A stretch of 64,000 nt of DNA, from the NCBI RefSeq assembly GCF_041886205.1, contig NZ_CP169029.1; one strand, given 5' to 3'. The translations under genes and the position numbers were made by a program. The stretch is from Escherichia coli (GTDB lineage: Bacteria > Pseudomonadota > Gammaproteobacteria > Enterobacterales > Enterobacteriaceae). The notes under the pieces are model-generated. The model was not told the origin of the DNA and did no database searches. It saw only the letters and a program-made list of their open reading frames with translations. Positions 12,196 through 23,761 of this stretch are shown here, piece by piece. The number at the start of each line of letters is the position of its first letter. The first letter of the stretch is position 1.

Positions 12196-12272
12196 ACCTA
12201 CGTTAACTCCGACCTACAAGTGAGCATAAACAATGAACAATTAGTTTATCTTATGCAAGTCGGTTGCAGGCG

Positions 12273-12755
12273 TCACGCAAAACAGAGTTCCTGTTCAGGA
12301 ATACTTTCAACATCACAGTTGTCACTGCCGCCGCGATCGATGGTCAGAAAATCGGTGACGCGCTGCCAGGCGAAAAGTGGGTGATGCCAGACGTTACGAT
12401 GGTAATTCACTCCCTGTTCGCCGTTGGTGATAAACGCCCGCAGCGTTGACAGGTCTGGTTTGTCGTCACCTAACGCCACGACCACCACAAACACCTCACC
12501 TTTCATCGGGATAAAGGCCTGAGTACCCAGCGGATGACGTTCGAGTTCGTGAATGGTCAGCGGCAGATTCGCCGGTTGCGCGCGGTTAATGCTGATAAGC
12601 GTACGGTCTTGCTCAAGAATCTCAACCAGCGCCAAATCGTGGTAACGCTCCACCAGGCCATTGTTAATATGGAAAAAATCCCGTTGCTGCGTTTCGATTA
12701 CGTCGCCATAAGCACTAAAGGCTTCCTGACTTAACGGTAATACCTGAAGTTTCAT
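12273..12755 (-). CDS. allA: ureidoglycolate lyase
   Basis: 160-aa ORF, synteny. Confidence 0.9.
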
Positions 12756-12984
12756 CTTTTTGTCCTTGTAACATAATTCCGTTCAACCACCGCCGACCGG
12801 TCAGCTTGGTTTCAATAACAGGCAATCTAAAACCTTAAGAGAACAACATCAATACAAAAGTTGGAATATTTTTCCAAAACTAGATTTAGTCCACAAATTG
12901 AACAGGGTTATCATGTAAAAATACTGATAAATCAGAGGATAAGAAAATCACGCAACTTGCGGATTTAAAAGGGGATACCTGAAG

Positions 12985-13911
12985 ATGTTCGATCCAGAAA
13001 CCTTGCGGACTTTCATTGCGGTTGCTGAAACAGGAAGTTTTTCAAAAGCGGCAGAACGATTATGTAAAACCACGGCGACGATCAGTTATCGCATTAAACT
13101 TCTGGAAGAGAATACCGGAGTAGCGCTGTTTTTCCGTACGACTCGCAGCGTGACGTTGACAGCGGCTGGCGAGCATCTACTTTCCCAGGCCAGAGACTGG
13201 CTGAGCTGGCTGGAAAGTATGCCAAGCGAGCTGCAACAGGTGAATGATGGCGTGGAACGCCAGGTGAATATTGTCATCAACAACCTGCTCTACAACCCCC
13301 AGGCCGTCGCCCAGTTGCTGGCGTGGCTGAATGAGCGTTACCCCTTTACCCAGTTTCACATCTCCCGACAAATCTATATGGGCGTCTGGGACTCGCTATT
13401 GTACGAAGGTTTTTCGCTGGCTATCGGCGTCACGGGAACTGAGGCGCTGGCAAATACCTTTAGTCTTGATCCCTTAGGATCGGTGCAATGGCGCTTTGTC
13501 ATGGCGGCGGATCATCCGCTGGCGAACGTTGAAGAGCCGCTAACAGAAGCGCAGTTGCGGCGCTTTCCGGCGGTCAATATTGAAGACAGCGCCCGCACCT
13601 TAACCAAACGCGTCGCCTGGCGATTGCCAGGGCAAAAAGAGATTATTGTTCCCGATATGGAAACGAAAATCGCCGCCCATCTGGCGGGCGTTGGCATTGG
13701 TTTTTTGCCAAAATCGCTTTGCCAGTCAATGATCGATAATCAACAACTGGTCAGCCGGGTAATCCCAACGATGCGCCCTCCTTCGCCATTGAGTCTGGCA
13801 TGGCGCAAATTTGGCAGCGGCAAAGCGGTAGAAGATATTGTGACCTTGTTTACCCAGCGCAGGCCGGAAATCAGCGGATTTTTAGAAATTTTCGGCAACC
13901 CACGCAGTTAA
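12985..13911 (+). CDS. allS: LysR-family activator of allD operon
   Basis: 308-aa ORF with LysR HTH N-terminus, divergent from allA. Confidence 0.9.
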
Positions 13912-13964
13912 AAATCAAGTTTCCTTGCGCGTTGGCGCGTAAAATAGCGCGCAAGCTGATTTGA

Positions 13965-15074
<1,110 letters not shown>

Positions 15075-15137
15075 TGGGCGGTATTCTGAAACGGCGATTG
15101 TCGTGAGAACAGAATGGTTGCACCAGAATACAGATAT

Positions 15138-15167
15138 AAAAAAACCGACATGACAGTCGGTTTTTTT
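15138..15167. terminator. bidirectional rho-independent terminator (A7-ccgac-atgaca-gtcgg-T7)
   Basis: 5-bp GC-rich stem flanked by A-run and T-run, 64 bp downstream of selU stop. Confidence 0.6.
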
Positions 15168-15226
15168 ATTTTTTCCGCCCAAGACTTGGTGGTTCCGGGC
15201 AGAAATGAAACAGTCCTCATCTAGCA
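15138..15226 (-). ncRNA. putative antisense sRNA (candidate type I antitoxin); ends approximate
   Basis: Minus-strand TTGAAT-17bp-TATAAT promoter (15232-15260), predicted transcript contains UGCUAGAUGAGGACUG complementary to 15397-15412, ends at the bidirectional terminator. Confidence 0.35.
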
Positions 15227-15231
15227 AGTGA

Positions 15232-15260
15232 ATTATAAGTCAGGATGCCTCCATATTCAA
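15232..15260 (-). promoter_or_regulatory. candidate sigma70 promoter for the putative sRNA
   Basis: -35 ttgaat (15255-15260), 17-bp spacer, perfect -10 tataat (15232-15237) on the minus strand. Confidence 0.35.
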
Positions 15261-15376
15261 ACAGCTATGTTGGCGATACAATCCCGACGCTAGTAGTGAT
15301 ACTGCCTCAAGGGATTACCGCAGTGCGGAAAAGTACTTTTAAGTCCTGGTCAGGATACAGGTGGTGCTGATTCTGG

Positions 15377-15385
15377 TGCTCTAAT
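15377..15385 (+). promoter_or_regulatory. candidate extended -10 promoter for the small-peptide mRNA
   Basis: tgctctaat resembles TGnTATAAT; -35 is poor. Confidence 0.25.
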
Positions 15386-15485
15386 TTGGAGAGAGGCAGT
15401 CCTCATCTAGCACATGAAGAAAATCATAGTTACAGGCAACGTAAGGGTAAGCTGTGATTGTCTTTCTCCCTTAAGGGAGCAACGG

Positions 15486-15569
15486 ATGAAAACTTTTCTC
15501 GATAAAGTTCTCATCGTTCTTAAGGCGCTAATCGCGCTGCTGGAACTGATCCGTCAGTTTATTGAATAA
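15486..15569 (+). CDS. 27-aa hydrophobic peptide MKTFLDKVLIVLKALIALLELIRQFIE, DinQ/TisB-like candidate type I toxin
   Basis: ATG preceded by aagggag SD 7 nt upstream; single amphipathic helix; own hairpin terminator; in-frame upstream ATG at 15414 would give 51 aa. Confidence 0.5.
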   Translation: MKTFLDKVLIVLKALIALLELIRQFIE

Positions 15570-15587
15570 CTGAGGAAACGTAGCTAA

Positions 15588-15615
15588 GGCCGAAGGTTTA
15601 CCACCTTCGGTCTTT
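15588..15615 (+). terminator. hairpin terminator after the small ORF
   Basis: ccgaaggt-ttacc-accttcgg stem-loop followed by TCTTT. Confidence 0.5.
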
Positions 15616-15670
15616 AAAAAAACCGACATGACAGTTGGTTTCATATTTATTGCCAAAATGCACACTGTTC

Positions 15671-15771
<101 letters not shown>

Positions 15772-15786
15772 ATCTAACACCTGTCA

Positions 15787-18201
15787 TCACCCCGCAAACT
15801 GCCTGAACAGCGCCTTACCCTTAACCAGTCTCGCGCCCAGCCAGCCGCCGAAAAGCGACAGCAGCAGCGCACCGCTGCACGGCAGAACAATCCACAATCG
15901 CCAGTCTGGCTCCCACGGGAAATCAAACACTTTCGCCTGCAACACTGCCAGTGCCGTTTCCGCACCAATTGCGGCCACCAGGCCGGAAACAAACCCAAGC
16001 ATGGCGAACTCACACCACAATGTCGTGCGCAGCAGTTTTTTCCCCGCACCGAGTGTGCGCCATACCACCAGCTCCTGATGACGCTGGCGCATTCCCACCT
16101 GCACCTGTGCCAGCAACAGCAACATACCGCAGGCGGTGACCAGCACCACCATCACCTCCAGCGCCCGACTTACCTGCTCCAGCACCTGACCGACCTGTTT
16201 TAAAATCGCGCCAATATCTAACAGGCTAATGGTCGGGAACTGGCGGTTGAGTTGCGTCAACATGCCGTTGCCATTCTCCCAGCGGAAACTGGTAAGCCAG
16301 CTCTGCGGTTGCCCGTCTAATGCCCCTTCCGGGAAAATAAAATAGAAATTAGGCCGCAGACTTTCCCAGTCCACTTTGCGCAGGCTGGTCACTTTAGCGC
16401 GGAACTCCTGGGTATCGCCCATAAAAGTCACGGTATCACCGAGGGCAACGTTTAAGCGTTTCGCCAGCCCCTCTTCCATCGACACTTCATCGGCTTTTGG
16501 CGGCCAGTTACCGGCGACAATCGGATTATGATCGGGCCGCGTATTTTGCCAGGTAAGATTGAGTTCGCGATTAAGCGCCTCATCTTCATTACCTTCTGTC
16601 GGCTTATCGTTAATCGCCGTCAGCCGCGCCCGCACTACCGGATAAAATGATTCCGGGACTATATGATGTTCCGCGAGGAACGCTTTTAGCGGTGCTACCT
16701 GTTCTGTGGCGATGTTAATTAAAAAGTAGTTCGGGCTTTCTGGCGGTAGCTGCTGCTGCCAGCGGTCGAGCAGATCGCCACGCAATACCAGCAACAGCGC
16801 CAGCAGCATAAAGGAGAGCGAAAATGCCGAAAGCTGACTTAACGTTGACCACGGCTGACGTAACAGGCGGCTAACCGCCAGGCGCAGAGGCAGCGATTTC
16901 AGCGTCATGCGGCGAAGTACATTCAGCAGCATCCAGCCCAGCACACCGCACAGCAAAGCCAGTACTACCGCGCCAGCCAGCACCGCCCAAAGCAGCATGC
17001 TGCCACCCATTAATCCGGCGAGCAGCAGCACAACCACCACACTGACAATCGGCAGATAAAACTTCAGCGGCCAGACGTTCGCTACCACATCATTACGTAA
17101 TACGCGTAAAGGCTGCGTTGCCAGCAACAAGCGATATGGTCGTAGCCCCACCAGCAGCGAGATGACCGTCATGGTGCCCAGCGCCCACAACCACGGCCAG
17201 AGGCTGGCTGGCGGTAGTGCAGCAGGCAGAACGGGCTTGAGCAGCACCATCAACACGTTTTCGAACAACAGGCCTATGGCCCCACCGGTAACGGCTGAAA
17301 GCGCCAGCACCATCAACCACTGACCGACGATTAGCTTACGCAGTTGCGCTCGCCCTGCCCCCAGCGTTTTGAGGATCGCCACCAGATCGTAGCGACTGCG
17401 ACAGTAATGATTCATCGCCACCGCCACCGCTGCCACTGCCAGCAGCAAGGTCAGAAGCGCCGAAAGCAGCAGGAACTGCTGCGAGCGTTCCATCGATCGC
17501 CCCAGCGCGCCTTCGTCCTGTTCCAGACCGTACCAGCGTTGTTCGGGTTTAAGCTGGGGTAACAACCATTTCTCATAGCCGTCGAGCTGGTTCTCGTTGC
17601 CGCCGAATTTATAACGCCAGGTGACCCGACTCCCCGGCTGCACGGCTCCGGTTTTATCGACATCCGCCAGATTCATCATCAGACGCGGAGCCATCTGGAA
17701 GGGGTTAAAACCAGAATCCGGTTCCTGAATCACTTCTCCGGCAATCCGCAAGGTGGCATCGCCCACGTCGATGGTGTCGCCTGTTTTCAGGTTAAGCAGC
17801 GCCATCAGGCGTGGGGCCAGCAATACGCTGCCCGCCTGCGGTTTCAGGCCAGGGGGATTAGTTTGCAGATCGCCATACATCGGGTAGATATCATCCACCG
17901 CTTTGACGTTCGCCAGCTGCGGTGTGTCGCCTGCAAATGTCATGGTGGCGAAAGTCAGCTGCTTGCCGACTTTCAGGCCGCGCTTTTGCGCTTCCTCCAG
18001 CCACGCTTGCGGCACTTCGCGCGAACTGCGCAACGCCCGATCGCCCGCCATAAACTCACGGCTTTGCTGGCTTAAGCCCTTCTCCATGCGATCGCTGATA
18101 TTGCCCAGCGCCAGCACGCAGGCCACCGCCAGGCTTAGCGCCAGCCAGACAATTAATAGCGACGGCGAACGCCATTCGCGCCAGAACCAACGTGCAATCA
18201 T
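15787..18201 (-). CDS. ybbP: ABC transporter permease (FtsX-like)
   Basis: 804-aa ORF with two FtsX-type membrane domains, overlaps ybbA by 4 bp. Confidence 0.88.
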   Translation of the reverse strand: MIARWFWREWRSPSLLIVWLALSLAVACVLALGNISDRMEKGLSQQSREFMAGDRALRSSREVPQAWLEEAQKRGLKVGKQLTFATMTFAGDTPQLANVKAVDDIYPMYGDLQTNPPGLKPQAGSVLLAPRLMALLNLKTGDTIDVGDATLRIAGEVIQEPDSGFNPFQMAPRLMMNLADVDKTGAVQPGSRVTWRYKFGGNENQLDGYEKWLLPQLKPEQRWYGLEQDEGALGRSMERSQQFLLLSALLTLLLAVAAVAVAMNHYCRSRYDLVAILKTLGAGRAQLRKLIVGQWLMVLALSAVTGGAIGLLFENVLMVLLKPVLPAALPPASLWPWLWALGTMTVISLLVGLRPYRLLLATQPLRVLRNDVVANVWPLKFYLPIVSVVVVLLLAGLMGGSMLLWAVLAGAVVLALLCGVLGWMLLNVLRRMTLKSLPLRLAVSRLLRQPWSTLSQLSAFSLSFMLLALLLVLRGDLLDRWQQQLPPESPNYFLINIATEQVAPLKAFLAEHHIVPESFYPVVRARLTAINDKPTEGNEDEALNRELNLTWQNTRPDHNPIVAGNWPPKADEVSMEEGLAKRLNVALGDTVTFMGDTQEFRAKVTSLRKVDWESLRPNFYFIFPEGALDGQPQSWLTSFRWENGNGMLTQLNRQFPTISLLDIGAILKQVGQVLEQVSRALEVMVVLVTACGMLLLLAQVQVGMRQRHQELVVWRTLGAGKKLLRTTLWCEFAMLGFVSGLVAAIGAETALAVLQAKVFDFPWEPDWRLWIVLPCSGALLLSLFGGWLGARLVKGKALFRQFAG

Positions 18202-18884
18202 GCTTCCTCCTGCAACTGCCCGTTCACCAGCCGTAAGCAGCGGTCGCAGCGTGCCGCCAGTTGCAGGTCGTGGGTCACCATAATCAACGTGGTGCCATGT
18301 TCACGGTTGAGGGAAAACAGCAGGTCGGCAATTTTATCGCCCGTCTGGCGGTCAAGGTTGCCGGTGGGTTCGTCGGCAAACAGCACATCAGGTCGACCAT
18401 TAAAGGCTCGTGCCAGCGCCACTCGTTGCTGTTCACCGCCGGAAAGCTGTGCCGGAAGATGATCCAGACGTTTACCCAGCCCTAACTGTTCGAGCAACGC
18501 TTTCGCCCCGTTACGACTTTCCGCGCTACTCTCACCGCGCAGCAGAGCCGGAAGCTCGACGTTTTCCAGCGCGTTAAGGGTAGGAATTAACATAAATGAC
18601 TGAAAAACAAAGCCGACGTGCTTCGCGCGCAACTTTGCCCGCGCTTCTTCGTCCATATTATGTAGCGGTTGTCCCACCAGACTCACTTCGCCACTGCTGC
18701 CGTCATCAAGCCCGGCGAGGATCGCCAGCAAGGTTGACTTACCCGATCCCGACTCGCCCACCAGTGCGATGGTCTCGCCACGTTTGACAACCAGCTCAAC
18801 TCCGGTGAGGATGGAGAGTTCATGCTCCCCCTGACCGACGGACTTCTTAAGATGATGAACTTCAACAATGTTTTCCGCTGGCAT
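18198..18884 (-). CDS. ybbA: ABC transporter ATP-binding protein
   Basis: Walker A GESGSGKST, signature LSGGEQQRVALARA, 228 aa. Confidence 0.9.
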   Translation of the reverse strand: MPAENIVEVHHLKKSVGQGEHELSILTGVELVVKRGETIALVGESGSGKSTLLAILAGLDDGSSGEVSLVGQPLHNMDEEARAKLRAKHVGFVFQSFMLIPTLNALENVELPALLRGESSAESRNGAKALLEQLGLGKRLDHLPAQLSGGEQQRVALARAFNGRPDVLFADEPTGNLDRQTGDKIADLLFSLNREHGTTLIMVTHDLQLAARCDRCLRLVNGQLQEEA

Positions 18885-19478
18885 TTGCCCTTCCTGTTCC
18901 TGGTCCTGTTAACCTTCCGTGCCGCCGCAGCGGACACGTTATTGATTCTGGGTGATAGCCTGAGCGCCGGGTATCGAATGTCTGCCAGCGCGGCCTGGCC
19001 TGCCTTGTTGAATGATAAGTGGCAGAGTAAAACGTCGGTAGTTAATGCCAGCATCAGCGGCGACACCTCGCAACAAGGACTGGCGCGCCTTCCGGCTCTG
19101 CTGAAACAGCATCAGCCGCGTTGGGTGCTGGTTGAACTGGGCGGCAATGACGGTTTGCGTGGTTTTCAGCCACAGCAAACCGAGCAAACGCTGCGCCAGA
19201 TTTTGCAGGATGTCAAAGCCGCCAACGCTGAACCATTGTTAATGCAAATACGTCTGCCTGCAAACTATGGTCGCCGTTATAATGAAGCCTTTAGCGCCAT
19301 TTACCCCAAACTCGCCAAAGAGTTTGATGTTCCGCTGCTGCCCTTTTTTATGGAAGAGGTCTACCTCAAGCCACAATGGATGCAGGATGACGGTATTCAT
19401 CCCAACCGCGACGCCCAGCCGTTTATTGCCGACTGGATGGCGAAGCAGTTGCAGCCTTTAGTAAATCATGACTCATAA
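18852..19478 (+). CDS. tesA: acyl-CoA thioesterase I / lysophospholipase L1 (SGNH hydrolase)
   Basis: MMNFNNVFRW... signal peptide then GDSLSAG motif; 208 aa from internal Met. Confidence 0.9.
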   Translation: MMNFNNVFRWHLPFLFLVLLTFRAAAADTLLILGDSLSAGYRMSASAAWPALLNDKWQSKTSVVNASISGDTSQQGLARLPALLKQHQPRWVLVELGGNDGLRGFQPQQTEQTLRQILQDVKAANAEPLLMQIRLPANYGRRYNEAFSAIYPKLAKEFDVPLLPFFMEEVYLKPQWMQDDGIHPNRDAQPFIADWMAKQLQPLVNHDS

Positions 19479-20277
19479 AGCAACGGAGATCCTGACAGGT
19501 AAAGTTATGCAAAAATCGGTCTTAATTACCGGATGTTCCAGTGGAATTGGCCTGGAAAGCGCGCTCGAATTAAAACGCCAGGGTTTTCATGTGCTGGCAG
19601 GTTGCCGAAAACCGGATGATGTTGAGCGTATGAACAACATGGGATTTACCGGCGTGTTGATCGATCTGGATTCACCAGAAAGTGTTGATCGCGCAGCAGA
19701 CGAGGTGATCGCCCTGACCGATAATTGTCTGTATGGGATCTTTAACAATGCCGGATTCGGCATGTATGGCCCCCTTTCCACCATCAGCCGTGCGCAGATG
19801 GAACAGCAGTTTTCCGCCAACTTTTTCGGCGCACACCAGCTCACCATGCGCCTGTTACCCGCGATGTTACCGCACGGTGAAGGGCGTATTGTGATGACAT
19901 CATCGGTGATGGGATTAATCTCCACGCCGGGTCGTGGCGCTTACGCGGCCAGTAAATATGCGCTGGAGGCGTGGTCAGACGCGCTGCGCATGGAGCTACG
20001 CCACAGCGGAATTAAAGTCAGCCTGATCGAACCCGGTCCCATTCGTACTCGCTTCACCGACAACGTCAACCAGACGCAAAGTGATAAACCAGTCGAAAAT
20101 CCCGGCATCGCCGCCCGCTTTACGTTGGGACCGGAAGCGGTGGTGGACAAAGTACGCCATGCTTTTATTAGCGAGAAGCCGAAGATGCGCTATCCGGTAA
20201 CGCTGGTGACCTGGGCAGTAATGGTGCTTAAGCGCCTGCTGCCGGGGCGCGCGATGGACAAAATATTGCAGGGGTGA
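19468..20277 (+). CDS. ybbO: short-chain dehydrogenase/reductase
   Basis: TGCSSGIG NAD(P)-binding motif, YxxxK, 269 aa. Confidence 0.88.
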   Translation: MTHKATEILTGKVMQKSVLITGCSSGIGLESALELKRQGFHVLAGCRKPDDVERMNNMGFTGVLIDLDSPESVDRAADEVIALTDNCLYGIFNNAGFGMYGPLSTISRAQMEQQFSANFFGAHQLTMRLLPAMLPHGEGRIVMTSSVMGLISTPGRGAYAASKYALEAWSDALRMELRHSGIKVSLIEPGPIRTRFTDNVNQTQSDKPVENPGIAARFTLGPEAVVDKVRHAFISEKPKMRYPVTLVTWAVMVLKRLLPGRAMDKILQG

Positions 20278-20295
20278 GTTGAAGCGCGCGCTTAA

Positions 20296-21192
<897 letters not shown>

Positions 21193-21221
21193 TATTCCGT
21201 TGATCGGCACATGAACCACAA

Positions 21222-21252
21222 CGCCGGATGCGATGCTGCGCATCCGGCATCG
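21222..21252. terminator. REP-like palindrome between convergent cnoX and fetB
   Basis: gccggatgcg-atgct-gcgcatccggc inverted repeat. Confidence 0.55.
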
Positions 21253-21254
21253 CA

Positions 21255-22034
21255 TCATTTCTTCTTCAATTGCGTCACCACCAACTGGTGGCGCGAATTA
21301 TAAAACTTACGATAGGTTAAATAGCAGGCAATAATGGTCGACAAGCTGGCGGTTGAGAGCAGCATAAAGGTCACCATAATCTGATATTTAATCGCCTTCA
21401 CCGGATCAATCCCGGCAAATATCAGCCCGGACATCATTCCTGGTAAACTCACTAAGCCAACCGTTTTTGCTGAATCGACCGTCGGAATTAAAGCCGCGCG
21501 AATACTGTCGCGAATCAATATCGCTGAAGCCTGCTTCGGCGTCGCACCAAGACTCAGTTTCTCCTGAATCTGTTGCTGTTCGCTAATGACCCGTTGCCCT
21601 AAATTGTTGTAACACAACCCCACCGCTACCATGGCGTTACCGGCAATCATCCCGGCGATAGGGATCACCTGCATCGGGATAAATTCAATCGACCCTGAGA
21701 GAATCAGCACCGCCAGGGTAATTCCCGCCCCGACCGTAATGGCAACAAACGATGAGATAAAAGCTTTAGCAATATATTTACTGCGTTTTTGCGCGTTCCA
21801 CGCCGCATTAAAGCAGATAAATAACACCATCAATAATGTCAGGCTGGCATCATCCACGCTGAAAATATACTTCAGCACATAGCCGACAATAATCAGCTGA
21901 ATTATCGCTCGCCCGACGCTCCAGAGAATATCTTTCTCCAGCGCCAGTTTTTCTTTATGGCTAATTAAGATTGCCACCACCACCAGCATTAATGCCAGTG
22001 CTAATGATTCGTTAGTAATATTATGCGAGTTCAT
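21255..22034 (-). CDS. fetB: iron export ABC permease
   Basis: 259-aa membrane ORF from MNSHNITNE, overlaps fetA stop. Confidence 0.85.
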   Translation of the reverse strand: MNSHNITNESLALALMLVVVAILISHKEKLALEKDILWSVGRAIIQLIIVGYVLKYIFSVDDASLTLLMVLFICFNAAWNAQKRSKYIAKAFISSFVAITVGAGITLAVLILSGSIEFIPMQVIPIAGMIAGNAMVAVGLCYNNLGQRVISEQQQIQEKLSLGATPKQASAILIRDSIRAALIPTVDSAKTVGLVSLPGMMSGLIFAGIDPVKAIKYQIMVTFMLLSTASLSTIIACYLTYRKFYNSRHQLVVTQLKKK

Positions 22035-22698
22035 AGCGTGCTTCCTGCATTTCTCCGGCATGCGGTTGCAGTGTAATCACTTTATCCGCATGATTAATTT
22101 CGTCTTTATCGTGTGTCACCCACAGCACGGCAATATTTTGCTCGCGCACATAACGATGGATCATCTCATTGACGTTATGTTTATTACTTTCATCCAGCGC
22201 ACTGGTTATTTCATCCAGCAATAAAACCTTCGGCATAAATTGCAGGTTACGAATCAATGAGATGCGTTGTTTTTCACCACCAGATAGCTCGGCGATATTC
22301 TTCGTCAAAATGCTGTCCGGCAAAGCGAAGCGTTCGAGAAAATCGAGAAAAATGGCCGGGTCAGGCTGCCGGTTACGGATCTGCCAGGGAAAGATCAGAT
22401 TATCGTATACCGTATCGCCAAACAGCGTCGGCGTCTGGGCGCAGTAAGAGACTTGTTGGCGGTAGATTTCTGGCTTTAGTGTGCTGACATCCTCACCTTC
22501 AAACAGTAACGTTCCGCTGGTTGGGCTGATCAATGAAGCAACTATTTTTAGCAGCGTACTTTTGCCACAACCAGAAGGACCGGTAATTAACTTAAATTCG
22601 CCAGCACGCAGCGAAAAATTGATGTTATTAAGAATCTTCGCATCACCCGCCAGATATCCTACGTTTTGTAGCTGAAGCAAAGGACTATTTTCCTGCAT
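22021..22698 (-). CDS. fetA: iron export ABC ATP-binding protein
   Basis: Walker A GPSGCGKST and LSGGEKQR signature. Confidence 0.88.
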   Translation of the reverse strand: MQENSPLLQLQNVGYLAGDAKILNNINFSLRAGEFKLITGPSGCGKSTLLKIVASLISPTSGTLLFEGEDVSTLKPEIYRQQVSYCAQTPTLFGDTVYDNLIFPWQIRNRQPDPAIFLDFLERFALPDSILTKNIAELSGGEKQRISLIRNLQFMPKVLLLDEITSALDESNKHNVNEMIHRYVREQNIAVLWVTHDKDEINHADKVITLQPHAGEMQEARYELA

Positions 22699-22843
22699 CG
22701 CTGTTCCCTTTTTCTGATTTTTACTAAAAACAGTTTATCCTTCGCAGGAATAAGGGGGAACTCTCTTTCAGTAATCAGGTATAATTTGTTTAATCAAGCA
22801 GCAATTTTGCTGATTATGGACGGTACAACAGGAGGTTTTTCCG

Positions 22844-23761
22844 ATGCTTATCTTTATCCCGATTCTCATTTTTGTCGCGCTGGTCATTGTCGGCGCGGGT
22901 GTCAAAATCGTACCGCAGGGCTATCAGTGGACAGTAGAACGCTTTGGTCGCTATACCAAAACGTTACAGCCGGGGCTCAGTCTGGTGGTGCCGTTTATGG
23001 ATCGCATTGGTCGCAAGATCAATATGATGGAGCAAGTGCTCGATATCCCTTCCCAGGAAGTTATCTCGAAAGATAACGCCAACGTTACCATCGACGCCGT
23101 GTGCTTTATTCAGGTGATTGACGCGCCGCGCGCGGCTTATGAAGTCAGCAATCTGGAGCTGGCGATCATCAACCTGACCATGACTAACATCCGTACCGTG
23201 CTGGGTTCAATGGAACTTGACGAAATGCTCTCTCAGCGCGACAGCATCAACTCACGCCTGCTGCGTATTGTCGATGAAGCCACCAACCCGTGGGGGATTA
23301 AAGTCACCCGTATTGAAATTCGCGACGTGCGCCCACCGGCAGAGCTTATCTCTTCAATGAACGCGCAGATGAAAGCGGAACGTACCAAACGCGCTTACAT
23401 TCTTGAAGCGGAAGGGATCCGTCAGGCGGAAATCCTCAAAGCCGAAGGTGAAAAACAGTCGCAAATCCTGAAAGCGGAAGGCGAACGTCAGTCGGCGTTT
23501 TTACAGGCTGAAGCGCGTGAACGTTCCGCCGAAGCAGAAGCCCGCGCCACCAAAATGGTGTCTGAAGCCATCGCCTCCGGTGATATTCAGGCGGTGAACT
23601 ACTTCGTAGCGCAGAAATACACCGAAGCGTTACAGCAGATCGGTTCCTCCAGTAACAGCAAAGTAGTGATGATGCCATTAGAGGCCAGCAGCCTGATGGG
23701 GTCGATTGCCGGGATTGCCGAGCTGGTGAAAGACAGCGCCAACAAGCGGACTCAGCCATGA
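22844..23761 (+). CDS. qmcA: SPFH/stomatin-family membrane protein
   Basis: 305-aa ORF with N-terminal TM and band-7 domain. Confidence 0.88.

Noticed and set aside
15205-15231. 8-codon mini-ORF (MKQSSSSK) overlapping copy 1 of the 16-mer
   Set aside because: No SD, too short to judge, and the 16-mer is better explained as the antisense pairing element of the predicted minus-strand sRNA
15300-15400. LexA (SOS) box upstream of the DinQ-like peptide
   Set aside because: Searched for CTGT-N8-ACAG; the closest is CTG-N9-CAG at 15346-15360, which does not fit the consensus spacing
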